Source: Antedon mediterranea
Lineage: Eukaryota > Animalia > Echinodermata
NCBI RefSeq assembly: GCF_964355755.1
Contig: NC_092670.1
Coordinates: 32,166,388-32,230,387 of the forward strand
Length of the DNA: 64,000 nt
Reading direction: 5' to 3'
Made by a program: the position numbers and the translations under genes
Shown: in pieces, positions 13,966 to 26,616 of the stretch
How positions within the stretch are numbered: the stretch's first letter is position 1
How the letters are laid out: every line of letters starts with the position of its first letter
The notes under the pieces: generated by a model
Databases searched by the model: none
What the model saw: the letters and a program-made list of their open reading frames with translations, nothing else
What the model was told of the DNA's origin: nothing

Positions 13966-15849
13966 AATAATATGTCTTACCTAATATGATTCCTATTCTT
14001 AGGTATATGTGCTCTTCGTTAAATTTCTAGTTAAATTGAAGATTTAGTTTAAATACCTCTCTTAGATTAATGTAACCAATCCAATAAATCAATGTGTTTC
14101 ATTATAAAGAAGATTAATTTTAAAAAATGTTAAAAGTGTTGATTTTTGTATTTAATCGTATTTTAATTATTATTATATTCATATCTCTTATTTTTTATAC
14201 AATATGTGTGGATATACGTACCTCTATGCTGCTTTTGCAAACAATGTGTGTACTGGTTACGTTGTTAATTGTCAATGAAAAAAATATAAAAAGGCATTTT
14301 AAATGACCAAAAATATAATTACTTTTTTTTTGAAAATCACTTAAATAAATCCAAGTAGTATAATGGTATTTAATTTTAAGAAGAAAAGAAGCAAGTAATA
14401 TATATTAAGATATCTTTAATTCTTTCTTTTATAATTATATTTCTCTTATACGTATTTCTACTTACTTGTAGGCTAATTCTACTAAATTAGAGAATATTAT
14501 TGTTACTCCTAAATATCCGTTTGCAGTATTATCTCGACATTTTAAATTTCTATTCCGTGTTATACATCTAGTTATCGTTGAAATGTAAATAATGCGTACT
14601 TTTTATAGATATTGACTCGTAATAATAACAGTTAGTTTAATGTACGTACAGTAATCTATACTACTTTCTATTTATATATAAAGAGTGTAAAGAATTTTGA
14701 CAGAAAGAGAAGCAAAGTATTTGTATATTTGGAATTCAGTTTTGATAAAAACAACTATGAATACAATATAATATCATAAAGTAATATCAGGAACTATTTT
14801 ACATTATCTCGTGATAACCACACGTACAAACAATATTTTAATTCCGAGATGTTACATATCATGATTTATCACGGCCGCAAATGGCCTATTTTTACATAAA
14901 TTTGCAATTTATACTATATTCGGTAATTAATAAGCCTACTATAAATGACTATTAGTTTTTAACATAATTTCTTTTTTTTTCAGCAAAAAAATTAATTTGT
15001 ATCGCAGGACTATAAAATCATTACCATTATTGTTGTCAAATATTTTAATTATAGTATTTCCCATTATAATAAAAACCTAAATATTTCTGTAACATTAGAA
15101 AAAACACTTTTTTCCTTTTGAAATTGTATTTTATGATATAGCTACACAATAAATGTCAAAACGCTTTATTTCTAATGTACTTTAGATTCATTTATTGTGG
15201 GTTAACAATGATAAAAACATAAAATAATATAACACGATGATGACGATACAGTTATTCACCTGTCATTTGCGGTCTCTTCATATAACGGATACAGTACTCA
15301 TCAATATAATCAGTGAATTTAGTACCCATTGAACACCTCCGGTCAGAGACATCGGATTATGATGATGATAAGGATTATGATTAGGTCATTATGACTATGG
15401 CGATGACGATGACCACGATGATATCAGGGAGTTGTTATCTAATAACAACTCCCTGATGATAAATATGCTTCTTCATAAGGATATGTTTTAATTAATCAGA
15501 TCATTTAATAAAAAAATTAATTGCGCATGACAACAATTTGTCCTTATTTAAATCCAATTTTCACAGAACTTTTATCGGTTAATCGGTTTATTGTTTTTCA
15601 TGAAATTTCAATTCTTACTTTGGCAACAACATATTAATTGTATTATTTCTTCGAATATTCAGTGGTTTTTGGTTGTTGTTTTTTCCGAATTGATTGATAA
15701 TGATTTATTATTTATAACAAATCGTATAATTCCTGGAACTATTTACTTAACATATTCTCTTCAATCAAATTTCATAATCAAACAATTTAGGCTAGGCAAT
15801 CTAGCTAAACAAACAGCCCAACCCATCTGTTTTGAATTTGAATATCATC

Positions 15850-18030
15850 AGGGTGTGTTACAAAGGTCTAAAATGTTGATCTCGTCATATCTGGGAAAGA
15901 TCTTGCTTGGCTGTTTTTATCGTCCACCCAGTGCTTCTATCTCTTACACTAATGATTTTACATCAGCTATGGAAGACGCACTGGACATCAGCCACTACTA
16001 TCAAGCTATTATACTTTGTGGAGACTTTAATATGAAGAATCAACGGCAATTGCTAACCAATAACTTTGAACGTTTAATTCCTGACTCTATGAACTCCTTG
16101 GACTGTACACAATTAGTTAATTTTCCAACTAGAAGGGTTAATATTTACTCAACACATTGTGATAGTCATCCTCTTGATCTTGTTTTTACAAACAGACAAG
16201 AGTTAATGTATGTAGAGTCAACCCCTGGTTTGGCAAATAGTGACCATGTTGGAATTTCCTTTGTTATCTATGCCTCAAATATCAGTATCAAATCTAAAAA
16301 TAATAGTAGAGATAAATACTTTTCTCTAGATTAAATCCCAGCATTTTACATGAAGAACTTGAAAGTGCTTATTGGGAATCTTGTTTTGTCGATAACGATA
16401 TTATTTACACCTGGACAAATTTTAAAAGAATTCTTACTGATATTTTTGATAAGGTTATTCCGAAAGGTAAAGGGCGATGTAAGAAAAGATCCCCTTGGAT
16501 TACTCAAGAGATAGTTAAATTAAGTAGAAGAAAGAAACGTGCCTTCAAACAGGCTAGAACACATCAATATACCTACTTTTGGGTTAAATATAAAAAAGTT
16601 CAAAATGCTGTGAAATATGCTTGTAGAACAAGTTGTCATGAGTATGTTAAAAATTTAGCCAAGTCTAAAGATCAGAAACCGTTCTGGCCTTTTGTTAATT
16701 CTAAATAATCAAGCAATATCCCATCTTTGTTTATTGTTGATAACGTCACTGTTGATGACTCATCCAATATTGGTAATAAATTCAAATCTGTTTTCCAGAG
16801 CAATTTCTCTCCTAATCTCAACCACCTTTTGTTCCTCCTGTTTCTGAGTTCTGCTGTCATCCTGGTGTTGATATCATGAAACAATTACAGGTTCGTGAGG
16901 ATGAGGTGAAAATCAGTAATTGCTTCTCTGGCTGCTTCTAAATCCCCTGGACCTGATGGAATTTCTGCTTCATTCCTTAAACTTTCTTCTTTTTCTGTTA
17001 TTCCTGTTTTAACCGAAAGAATGCTTGGATAGTCGCAATCCACACCGTATCGATGCAATTTTCCGTGACTGGTCAAAGGTATTTGACAGAGTTAGCCACC
17101 CTATCTTTATGGATAAATTGCACAAGTAGGCCTATGGCTTTTGTGGGAACTTACTGAATTGGTTCAGTTCTTTCCTGTCGAATTATGAACAAGCTGTTTC
17201 TTACAAAGGTTCTCTTTCCTCTTCGGTTCACGTTACATCTGGAGTGCCTCAGGGCTCGGTGCTTGGCCCTATTCTTTTTAATATGTATATTGCTGATCTT
17301 TCTACCTTGATCTCATCCCACATGCCACAATATGCTGACGACACTGTTCTCTATAGAGTAATCAAATCCCCAGTTGATTGTGACTTTTTACAGGCTGACC
17401 TCAACTCTATCATTAAATGGGTGAAACAAATCGTATGCCCCTCAATCCTGATAAATGTAAAGTCTTTCCAATATTTCATCTTTAATAATCAAATCCAAAC
17501 TGTGTCCCACTAAATTTACCTTGGAGTTACTTTAACTTCTGATTTAAAATGGAACCAGCTTATATCCCAATATGTTATTAAATGTAACAGACTTGTGGGT
17601 TTTATTAAACGTTGTGTTAAGACCAGTGACCACCTTGTTCTTTTAAAACTTTTCACAACAATAGTAAGGCCAATCATTGAATATGCAGCTCCCGCGTGGT
17701 TACCACATCAACAATGTACCATCGACCAAATCGAATCTATCCAACGACGTTTCACTAGGTCATGTTTTCCAGGCTATTTCTAAACTATATATTTCCTCCG
17801 TTCGTCTCACGAAGCCCGCTTACCTTCCTCAAACTACCCCGGTTATATCATAGACTTCAATTTCTTCAATTTAAATTTGTAATTAAATGTCTCTACTTAG
17901 ATTGTTTGGTTGATGGTGCATTGTTGCCCACACCAGTTTCTTGTAGAAATTATGAATTGGTTTTTAGGCATATGGGTTCTCGTACCAATGCATTTTACCA
18001 CTCTACTTTTATTTCTTTTCCGAGGTTGTG
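15850..18030 (+). mobile_element. Decayed LINE (CR1/L2 group) with APE endonuclease and RT remnants
   Basis: Fragments GCFYRPP, ILCGDFN, LDLVFTN, SDH (endonuclease); KSPGPDGI, PQGSVLGPILFNMYIADL, YADD, VRPIIEYAAPAW (RT and C-terminus). Many frameshifts and stops. Ends approximate. Confidence 0.88.
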
Positions 18031-18456
18031 GGATTCCCCTCTCCCCCCCCCCCCCCCCGATTGACTTATTTGTGCCTTTTTGGTTCCTCTAAGTTTTTCC
18101 CTGCCTTATTTAATGTCATAATATGATAATAACAAGATACTGTTAATACGGTCATCTCAACAAAGGTAAAGAATGGTAAAAATGAAGATAGATAATAAAA
18201 AGATGAAATAACAAAAATAAAGATAATGATGTTGATGAATATGAAACCATACTAATTCATTTGGTAAACTGAATCAGTTCTTTTGAGTTGCGAAAAAAGA
18301 TTTTTTTTAAATCTGACCAAATTAAATGTATAATCCTTAAATAGATTCGTCTAAAATATTGTTATGCTTCAATTGTTTTATTTTCTAAAAGTAGGCCTAC
18401 GTGGCTTTTGTTCAATAGAGCATACTATATATTATTAATTACAATATAATTTTAAA

Positions 18457-18476
18457 TACTTCCCTGTTTAGCGAAA
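18457..18476 (+). promoter_or_regulatory. Conserved 20-bp upstream element of receptor B
   Basis: TACTTCCCTGTTTAGCGAAA, 122 bp before the ATG. Same element precedes C-G. Confidence 0.6.
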
Positions 18477-18578
18477 TTGTGCAGTTAGATTTACAATTCA
18501 GTTGGTTTATATCAGGGAATCTCCACTGATATTATTGATAAACATTTTTCAACACAGAACTGATTGAATAAAATAAAA

Positions 18579-19688
18579 ATGCTATATCTTATGGTGGTCA
18601 GTTTGATCATTGCCAGTAGTGCTAAGGCATACAAGAAGGTTGATTTTGATTATCGCTATAGAATGTCGAATTGGGTTCAGTTTCAGATTGTGAAAGTTAT
18701 GGAAATAGATAACAACATATGTAATGTACAACACGAAGCTCATTTAACAGCTAAGTCGTCAGAAAATGCCAACTGTCACTACTTCCTATCTTACTACGGA
18801 ACGAAGGACGGAATATGCATATGCCAAAGTCACGACGATCAACAGCGTCTGATGCCGTCAGGGGAAATCGTACTGAATAAGACATTTGCTTATTATGAAG
18901 ACTGGAGAATTTCTTGTGCCAATTTAGTTGATTACATCTTTGCACACGAACAAATGTTAATTCCATGCAAGGTGACAACTACATCAAGACTGGAAAACAA
19001 AACAAGGAAACTAATAGTTGGGTGGATCCAAGGAAACCGTGTCAATTCACAGTCGTTGTATCTGAATGACACAGTACATTATTTTAATCAAACATTTATA
19101 GGATACAAGCAGGGAGACGGTATATTCTTTTATTGTACTTCAACAGAACATAATGTTAATTCTAAAAATTTTATAAATGTTTGCTACACAATGAATATAA
19201 CAGTTTACCCTCCTGTGGAAATCACGGATTTGAACATTGATGGGGAACATTGCTTTAAATGTAAGCTTAGAGGTGGATCTGGTCGCAAGAATTACTACTG
19301 GTCTTTGAATGGAAAATTGCAACCAGAGTCGGGTTACGACAGTGAGGATGGCAACAAAAAATGCTTTAAGGATTTAGTAACTGGACATTACGTTGCTAAA
19401 TGTCTGGTGAGCACTCGGGAGAATTCTGATGTGACAGAATTTTCTGTTAACAAAACATTGTCAGTCGACACTAGAGAAGACCTTTACAAATTACCAACCA
19501 TAATACTGGGCTCTACAACAGTCATCCTTTTGATAGTGGTTGCTATTCTCATCGGTCTACTCACAAAAAGCATGGTAATAATCCAAAATCTGTTGGAAGT
19601 AATTCAAGGTCCCACAGAAAATTACCGGAGAAGGAGATCAGACAATATGGAGAATGAGTATTTGATTGTCACTGACATTACTGATTAG
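18579..19688 (+). CDS. Receptor B: intronless Ig-like type I membrane protein, 369 aa, short tail
   Basis: Signal peptide MLYLMVVSLIIASSAKA; NCHYFLSY..DGICIC; WRISC..IPCKV..VGWIQG..GDGIFFYC..CY; HCFKC..GGSG..YYWSLNG..GHYVAKC; TM LPTIILGSTTVILLIVVAILIGLL; tail with EYLIV. Most divergent copy. Confidence 0.85.
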   Translation: MLYLMVVSLIIASSAKAYKKVDFDYRYRMSNWVQFQIVKVMEIDNNICNVQHEAHLTAKSSENANCHYFLSYYGTKDGICICQSHDDQQRLMPSGEIVLNKTFAYYEDWRISCANLVDYIFAHEQMLIPCKVTTTSRLENKTRKLIVGWIQGNRVNSQSLYLNDTVHYFNQTFIGYKQGDGIFFYCTSTEHNVNSKNFINVCYTMNITVYPPVEITDLNIDGEHCFKCKLRGGSGRKNYYWSLNGKLQPESGYDSEDGNKKCFKDLVTGHYVAKCLVSTRENSDVTEFSVNKTLSVDTREDLYKLPTIILGSTTVILLIVVAILIGLLTKSMVIIQNLLEVIQGPTENYRRRRSDNMENEYLIVTDITD

Positions 19689-22600
19689 AACGAATAATTA
19701 TAAACATTCATCATATTAACTAGACCTATATTGACTTTCTGACAATATATCCATTTGAATTTAAATTTAAATCATTTATATTCTTTGTATTAATCTATAT
19801 GGTGAATGAAGTGCTATATAAGAATTACATACTTATTTGCTATTTGTGTTTATGTAATTTTTAACTAATTGCTCACTTTAAATCACAAATAGTATTGTTT
19901 TGCTAATGTTCTAACGAGAGCAGGTTAATCTGTTCAGGCCTATGTATATTGCTTGCTCATGGAAAGAGTGTACTTATTATGCCAAATAATGTTATAATGT
20001 TATAAATGTTATTATTGTAATTTTATTTTTAAGTATTAAGAAAAACCATAATTATAATGCTCTTGCTTAAGTACTAATCAACTCAATTCTGAGACACCAC
20101 AAATCATGACTTGCATTGCTAAATACCGAATATCCACTATGCAGTTATATTATCTTAGGGAGAAATCAAACTACCTCATTCAATTTCACAATTAAATACG
20201 GGGCAGGTAGCTAGTCTTGTATGGTAAAAAAACGGTGAGTGGCTAAAATTAGTTTAAGAGTAAGTTTCACAATGTTCTGATCTTTATTTCCAGAAACAGG
20301 CGATAGCTACGATAGAAATTAATAATTATGTTTCTTGTTTTTTTTTTAGGTAGAATGTATAAAGTCGTTGTAGCGACTGATGTAAATAAAGTAAAAATAA
20401 GTTGTTCAGCTGTATGAAAATAAACCCTTACAGAAAGCATTAATTACAAATATATAATGAAATTATAATATGAATTAATAAATAATAAATTATTATATAA
20501 TTAGAGTAGATGTTAGTAACAAACAGACATTTTAATATTGTTTAATCATTTCCTTTTCATAATAATGCCATGTTGCGTATTAAAAACATAAAAACCAAAT
20601 TATACATATCCTGAAAAATACACACCCTTCCTTAATTCCTTCTTTCATAAACCAATTATTAATACAATTTGTATCGTGAAAGATGATAATATATATGAAA
20701 GAAATTATATAAGTCATATTCTTGGTCAAGTAAATATCAATGAACAAATGCCGAAATACTTGTGTAAATATTTTACATTCTTATTTTTTATAATCAAATA
20801 TTTTTTCATCTAGTAACTACCGATGATTGCATAGTAAATATCAAAATGTATGTAACCGTAGCAACAAATAATATAGCAGGCTTAATAGATATTGTATGTG
20901 TTTTTTTTTACACGTGAGACTGTAGGCCAATATTTATATTATATATATTATTGTTATTGTGATAATTATAATACTAAAGCATTATAATGTTCCATAATAA
21001 TGTACCGTATGTCCAATGGAATCGGCCAGGCCCAGTACATCAGTATACTAATAATAGTAATAATTAATAATAATTATTATAAAAGTTAAAACGATTAAAA
21101 ATAGTGATAAAGACATAACACATTTTGAAATATTTAATGTTTTCTTTCATTGAAAAAAAAAAAAAAAAATATTTATTTATAAAATATCAGAAATTATAAT
21201 GTTTTTTTACTCAAATATGAATGAAAGAAATAAATGTTTATTTGAATTTGAATTTGAATTTGAATTTGAATAATTAGATTAGACACAATTATTTTAGATA
21301 TGAATAAAAATAATCTTTTTAATAATAATAATATTTATAATAATATAATATTAATAATTTTTTTAATAATAATCTATCTTAATAATTCAACTAGCTTTAG
21401 ACTTAGTAGTGTTGTGAATTTATGTTTTTACGTGATTTTTTCAAGCCAAATAATATTGTTCAATTTTAATTGAAATTAAAATTTTCTTTTAATGAGAGTA
21501 TAAGTGTGTCAACTATAATGAAAGTTTTGTTTTTGGTGAATGGTGGCTATTTTCATCTGTTGATCAACTCGGCTAAGTCTTGACGAAACGTTTTTTGATA
21601 CTGTATCACTTCAATCGACGCATGCGCAGCAAACAAAGGCGGGGTCTGAAAAATAAATTAAATTCTCTTATGTAAAGAAAATCCTGGGAATTTATGAAAA
21701 CTCTCTGCATCTCTTGTCTGACACGTCACCCGGAGCTACAAATGGAGGGAAGGGAAATATCACTGGTCATTCAATATTACATTTACGCCAAAATGTTGTT
21801 TCTTTATCTGTTTTTGGCTCTGTTTAAAAAATATAATGTTTCGAGTGTGAAGTCAATTACAAGAATGGCATCCAAATAAGGGCACGTTATGAATTATTTC
21901 ATTGTTTACCGGTTACTCATCGCTGGCGTATCAATAATTGAAAAAAAAAACAGGTAAAATTATGAGAATACGCCGTGGAATTTTCAAACGTTTTTAATTC
22001 AGTACGAATACTTCCGTTACAAACTGATTTCCCTATCTCATATTTTTTTTTGTCTTGTGTGAGTTCATCTCACGTTTATTTAAATTCTCATTGGTGAATA
22101 TATTATATACGTATAAGTACATTTGCAATTAAAAGTAAGTGTTTAAAGTAGGTAAAATACAGGTATATTTACATAAAAAGATGCTTGAATTCAGTATTAA
22201 CCATATTTGTTTTCATTCAAATTTTAGATACGATGTTAATTAAAATGTAAAAATGAAAAATGGCGGTAAAATACATGATTAAAATTTTTTTGTAAACTAT
22301 CTTATTTGTGATCTTATTTGTGTTCGAGTAGAGAGGCTATAAACTCAGTGGAGGAAATGTATCTCATATTAATGCATATCTCGCATAACACTCAATATAC
22401 TTACCACACAACTAAACACATTTTACATTTTTTAGTACAAAAAAATAACAGGATAGCACTCTAGCACGCCTTAACATTTTTTTTCATGTGATCCTAAATA
22501 ATAATCACGTGCCATTTCTGATTTCTGTGTAGTTTGAAAGAGATACAAAAATGATATGCCATTATATGTATTATTGGATTCACCATTACTGATCATCGTT

Positions 22601-23942
22601 TATAGTCCTTACGAAGGACTTATGCCTATTTTTTTTTAGCCAAGCTCCACCTTTTTTATGAGTTTAGATTTAGATATGTGATACCAGTATGCTTTATAGG
22701 CCTCACATAATTATACAGAACCACTTACACAAACCCTCGATTCCATTTACACTACGGTACCAACTATTATATAAATCTACTGCTGACTATCCCACCCCAC
22801 CTTTATCAAGTTCCGTTTACACTGAATGGTACAGTAATTGTTTCATTACAGACACACAGAAAGTATTGTTTTGGAAAATTAATTAATGAGATCAAAGGTG
22901 GCGCTGTCTTTACCACTGAAACTCAATTTTAAATTTGTTCAACGCTCATGACTTTTAAAATCCGCAAAGGAACAATATAACGTGGAACTTCTTCCTTTTT
23001 TCTCATGTCACCGCTGCGTCGGTTTTGTTTTCATATTATTGTATACCCTATTTATACTAATTAAAAAATATAGTTATATAAAGTGGAATATCTTTACAAT
23101 CTGTATATAAATTTACGTAAGGGCAAAATTCGGTAAATCGGGTTAGGTCGGTTGAACAGCCAGAATGCAGCATCATAATGTTGAAGACAGGCCGATCTTC
23201 TTAAAATATACTATTTTGATAGATTTAATATACGTTTATACAAATGTATTGATTTGCGATGAAGAGAACATTCCAATCTCTCAGTATCTCTCAGTAAAAT
23301 TATTTGGTTTAACACAAGTAGGTAAATTTATGGGCCATTAGGGGATAAACTTAAAAACTTTACATATAGTATTGCAATACTTTGACAACAATACTGTAAA
23401 TACGTATTAACCATTTAATCGTACGTGGGTACAGTTAGATATATGAGTAAGACACATATTACACAAATAAACTTACTGACAGTTACTTCTCAACGTTTGT
23501 ATTAATTAATAATTACAACAAATACAAAGGTCGTAGTGGTGTATCGTTACATGTACTTTACTATTTCAATCGACTATGACAGTGACAGTTTTAACAAAGT
23601 ATTAAATTGCAAATGTTTTACTTTATTTAGTGGTATGTTATTAATAGGCATATAAAAAATGAACAAATATTTCGTTACTGAGTAGATAAAGAATATATTA
23701 AAAAAATTTTCTTCTTTGTACCCATCCTGTTCCTCATCTCTCAACCCTAATTTTACATACAAAACACAAATTAGGTTTGTTTAAATGAGTCCAAATCCGA
23801 AAGTTAAACTCATTTTGTGACAAGTTTCTCTTTCGGAATTAATTCCCAGGTGCTAATTTTAGTTGATAAATCATCGTGTCTATTTATTCTGTAATCGCCA
23901 ATGTATTATATTCTTGCAGTACGTACATTTTAAATGGCTTAA

Positions 23943-24188
23943 ATTACTGTGTATTCGAGAACCATCTGTGGGTACGACCTAGATGGTACGTGAGCGAAGC
24001 ATTGCCCGCTGATATCCTAACAAGATTACTGTGTATTCGAGAACCATCTGTGGGTACGACCTAGATGGTACGTGAGCGAAGCATTGCCCGCTGATATCCT
24101 AACAAGATTACTGTGTATTCGAGAACCATCTGTGGGTACGACCTAGATGGTACGAGAGCGAAGCATTGCCTGCTGATATCCTAACAAG
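23943..24188. repeat. 3 x 82-bp tandem repeat upstream of receptor C
   Basis: Units start at 23943, 24025 and 24107, near identical, each with an internal inverted repeat ACCATCT...AGATGGT. Confidence 0.95.
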
Positions 24189-24363
24189 GATTGTTTGAAG
24201 TAAATTACATTTTCCTCCATTTAATTTTTTGAAATGATAAAGCAAAGAGAATAATATAAAATATCCTCACTTTTCAGCAAGTCAGCTTGTTACAGAACTG
24301 ATTAAACCACTGTATGTACAGAGGTTAAAACTTTAAAATTGTTTAATTTTCTACCGCGTATAC

Positions 24364-24383
24364 TACTTCCTTGTGTTGCGAAA
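24364..24383 (+). promoter_or_regulatory. Conserved 20-bp upstream element of receptor C
   Basis: TACTTCCTTGTGTTGCGAAA followed by TCAGT, 91 bp before the ATG. Confidence 0.6.
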
Positions 24384-24454
24384 TCAGTAATATAAATAAC
24401 AAATGATAGATATTGATACACATTACTCAGCATTTACTGAATTACTCAACAAAA

Positions 24455-25810
24455 ATGCTGCTCCATGTGTGTCTTATAATCAGTGTGCTCAATGTAAGAA
24501 ATGCTATTGCAGAAGAACGGTTGGTTGAGTTTGATTCTTGTTATTATACAAATGTTTGGGTACAATCGCAGCCTGTGAACGTCATATCATTAAATAAATT
24601 CTACAGTGGTAATATAACTGAAGAAGTGTTACATATAACAAAAGATGATGAGCAGCCGGTAGACAACATAGCTCATCTGCCAGGAAAGTCTAAAACAGTC
24701 AACTGTCACTACTTTCTATCTTACAACGAACAATACGACGGAATATACACATGCCAAGACGATGACAATAAGCAATATGTGATTTCTTCAGGTGACGTCA
24801 AAAAATATCAGCCCCCTGAATATTATTATTGGAGAATTTCCTGTGAAGATTTCGTTCAATATATGACAGAAGGTGATGAAGTAGTAATTACTTGCAAAGT
24901 GACAAATACATCACTGAACAACGAAAACTATAAAATAACAATAGGATGGATCCAAGGAAAACATAGCATTACACAGTCGTATCATTTGAATACTGAAACA
25001 GTTTTTGATCAAATATTTAAAGGTCACAAACAAGGAGACGGTATATTCTTTTATTGTATTTCAAAAGAAAACACAATTAGCAGGTTTGTAAATTCGTGTT
25101 ACACAGTAACAGTAACAGTTTATCATAGTAGTCCTTTTGTAGTGGAAATCAAGCCTATGAACAAACACGCTGTTGGTGAACATTGTTTTAAATGTCAAGC
25201 TAAAGGGGGATCTGGTCAGAATAATTACTACTGGACATTAAATGGACAACTGCTGTCACGGACAGAATACGATGGAAATGATGACCATACACAATGCTTC
25301 AAGAATTTAAAATCTGGTGATTACGTTGTCAAGTGCTTGGTGAGTACTCATGACAAATCTGATGCGATAGAGTTCACTGTCGATAATGTGTTGCCCACTT
25401 ACACGACTGAAGCGACAAATAGCAACGGCCATCTCTATGTCAGTACTATGCCACCAGCAGGACAATGTCACAGTAAAGATTGCAACAAATTACCAACAAT
25501 AATACTGACATTAACAACACTGAGTCTATTAATAGTTGTATTTATTCTTACATATCTACTAAAAAGAAAGTCTGCAGGCGACATTTCACAGCAGTCCGCT
25601 GAAAATAGTCAGATAAACACTAAAATGAGTGTCTTCTATACTTCTCCAGAGACCTGCACCGAAGAAGATGTATATTATACAATTGATGATACAGTTATTA
25701 CTAATATTTTAAATCAGAACAAAAGATGTAAACTTACAACAACCAACAACAGAGAAGGTGGGGTCACGAATGTTGCTGGAGCACCACACTATTTTGTTTT
25801 GGAGTCATAA
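24455..25810 (+). CDS. Receptor C: ectodomain class 1 + HYFVLES tail, 451 aa
   Basis: Signal peptide MLLHVCLIISVLNVRNAIA; Ig-type motifs YDGIYTC, ITCKV/IGWIQG/GDGIFFYC, CFKC/YYWTLNG/GDYVVKC; TM LPTIILTLTTLSLLIVVFILTYLL-KRK; tail EDVYYTI and PHYFVLES*. Confidence 0.88.
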   Translation: MLLHVCLIISVLNVRNAIAEERLVEFDSCYYTNVWVQSQPVNVISLNKFYSGNITEEVLHITKDDEQPVDNIAHLPGKSKTVNCHYFLSYNEQYDGIYTCQDDDNKQYVISSGDVKKYQPPEYYYWRISCEDFVQYMTEGDEVVITCKVTNTSLNNENYKITIGWIQGKHSITQSYHLNTETVFDQIFKGHKQGDGIFFYCISKENTISRFVNSCYTVTVTVYHSSPFVVEIKPMNKHAVGEHCFKCQAKGGSGQNNYYWTLNGQLLSRTEYDGNDDHTQCFKNLKSGDYVVKCLVSTHDKSDAIEFTVDNVLPTYTTEATNSNGHLYVSTMPPAGQCHSKDCNKLPTIILTLTTLSLLIVVFILTYLLKRKSAGDISQQSAENSQINTKMSVFYTSPETCTEEDVYYTIDDTVITNILNQNKRCKLTTTNNREGGVTNVAGAPHYFVLES

Positions 25811-25989
25811 TAAAAAGTGTAAATAATAATGAACAATATACAGTATCAAGACACAGAACATGGCATTCTGATTTGATGGATGACTTGGCACTATAAAACA
25901 ATTTTTTGGAACACTACCGTGGCATCGTTTGATAAGATAAGAGATGCCCAAGATTTGCGTACGCCCGTAAACAAGATTTATTCAAAGGG

Positions 25990-26450
25990 GAAAACATTAT
26001 GAATTATATAATTATAGATCAATACAGGCTGCTTTGCGTATAATGGGTGATGTCAGTCATCCCCTAAATGATCAATTTATTCGAACCCGAAGTGGTAGTC
26101 TCTGTGTCCTTAAGACAAGAACAAACCGATCACATTACGCCTTTATAGCCAACGTCATATATACATTTGATAAACTCACGGCAAAAAAAGATAGGAAACT
26201 GTAGAGTTAACGTATCATTTTGCAATTCTTCCTTTTTAATATTGTATTTTTAATAGTTTTAATAATTTTATGATAAAAGCTTTTAATCTGTATGTATTAT
26301 ACATAACCTGGCTTTTAATGTATATTTGTGTATTTTTGTTGTAATCTTTTGAATTTGTATAGTATATCTTTTTTTAATATTTCATGCCAGTTTCAAATGT
26401 ATTTCGATTTTATATTCCTATGAACAATAAAATAATATCAGTATCAGTTA
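25990..26450 (+). mobile_element. 3' remnant of a LINE
   Basis: Reads DVSHPLNDQFIRTRSGSLCVLKTRTNRSHYAFIANVI, similar to the C-terminus of the neighbouring RT (DETHPLHKQF..SG..TKTKRF..SFVPNAI). Then a T-rich UTR, AATAAA and a short (ATCAGT)n tail. Confidence 0.6.
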
Positions 26451-26616
26451 CCACTGCTTTCTATTATCTCAGAATAGGACTATTAGTAATACTACGACAA
26501 ATATGGGCTGAACAAAAAGTTAATTTGTTGTTATAGACATATGTAAATATGTATGCATGTAAATATAGTGTACGGCATGATAACTATACATTTCAACACA
26601 ATAACAGAGATTTAGA

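Noticed and set aside
23943-24188. Possible CRISPR-like array
   Set aside because: Units are contiguous and near identical with no unique spacers; eukaryotic context and no cas genes.
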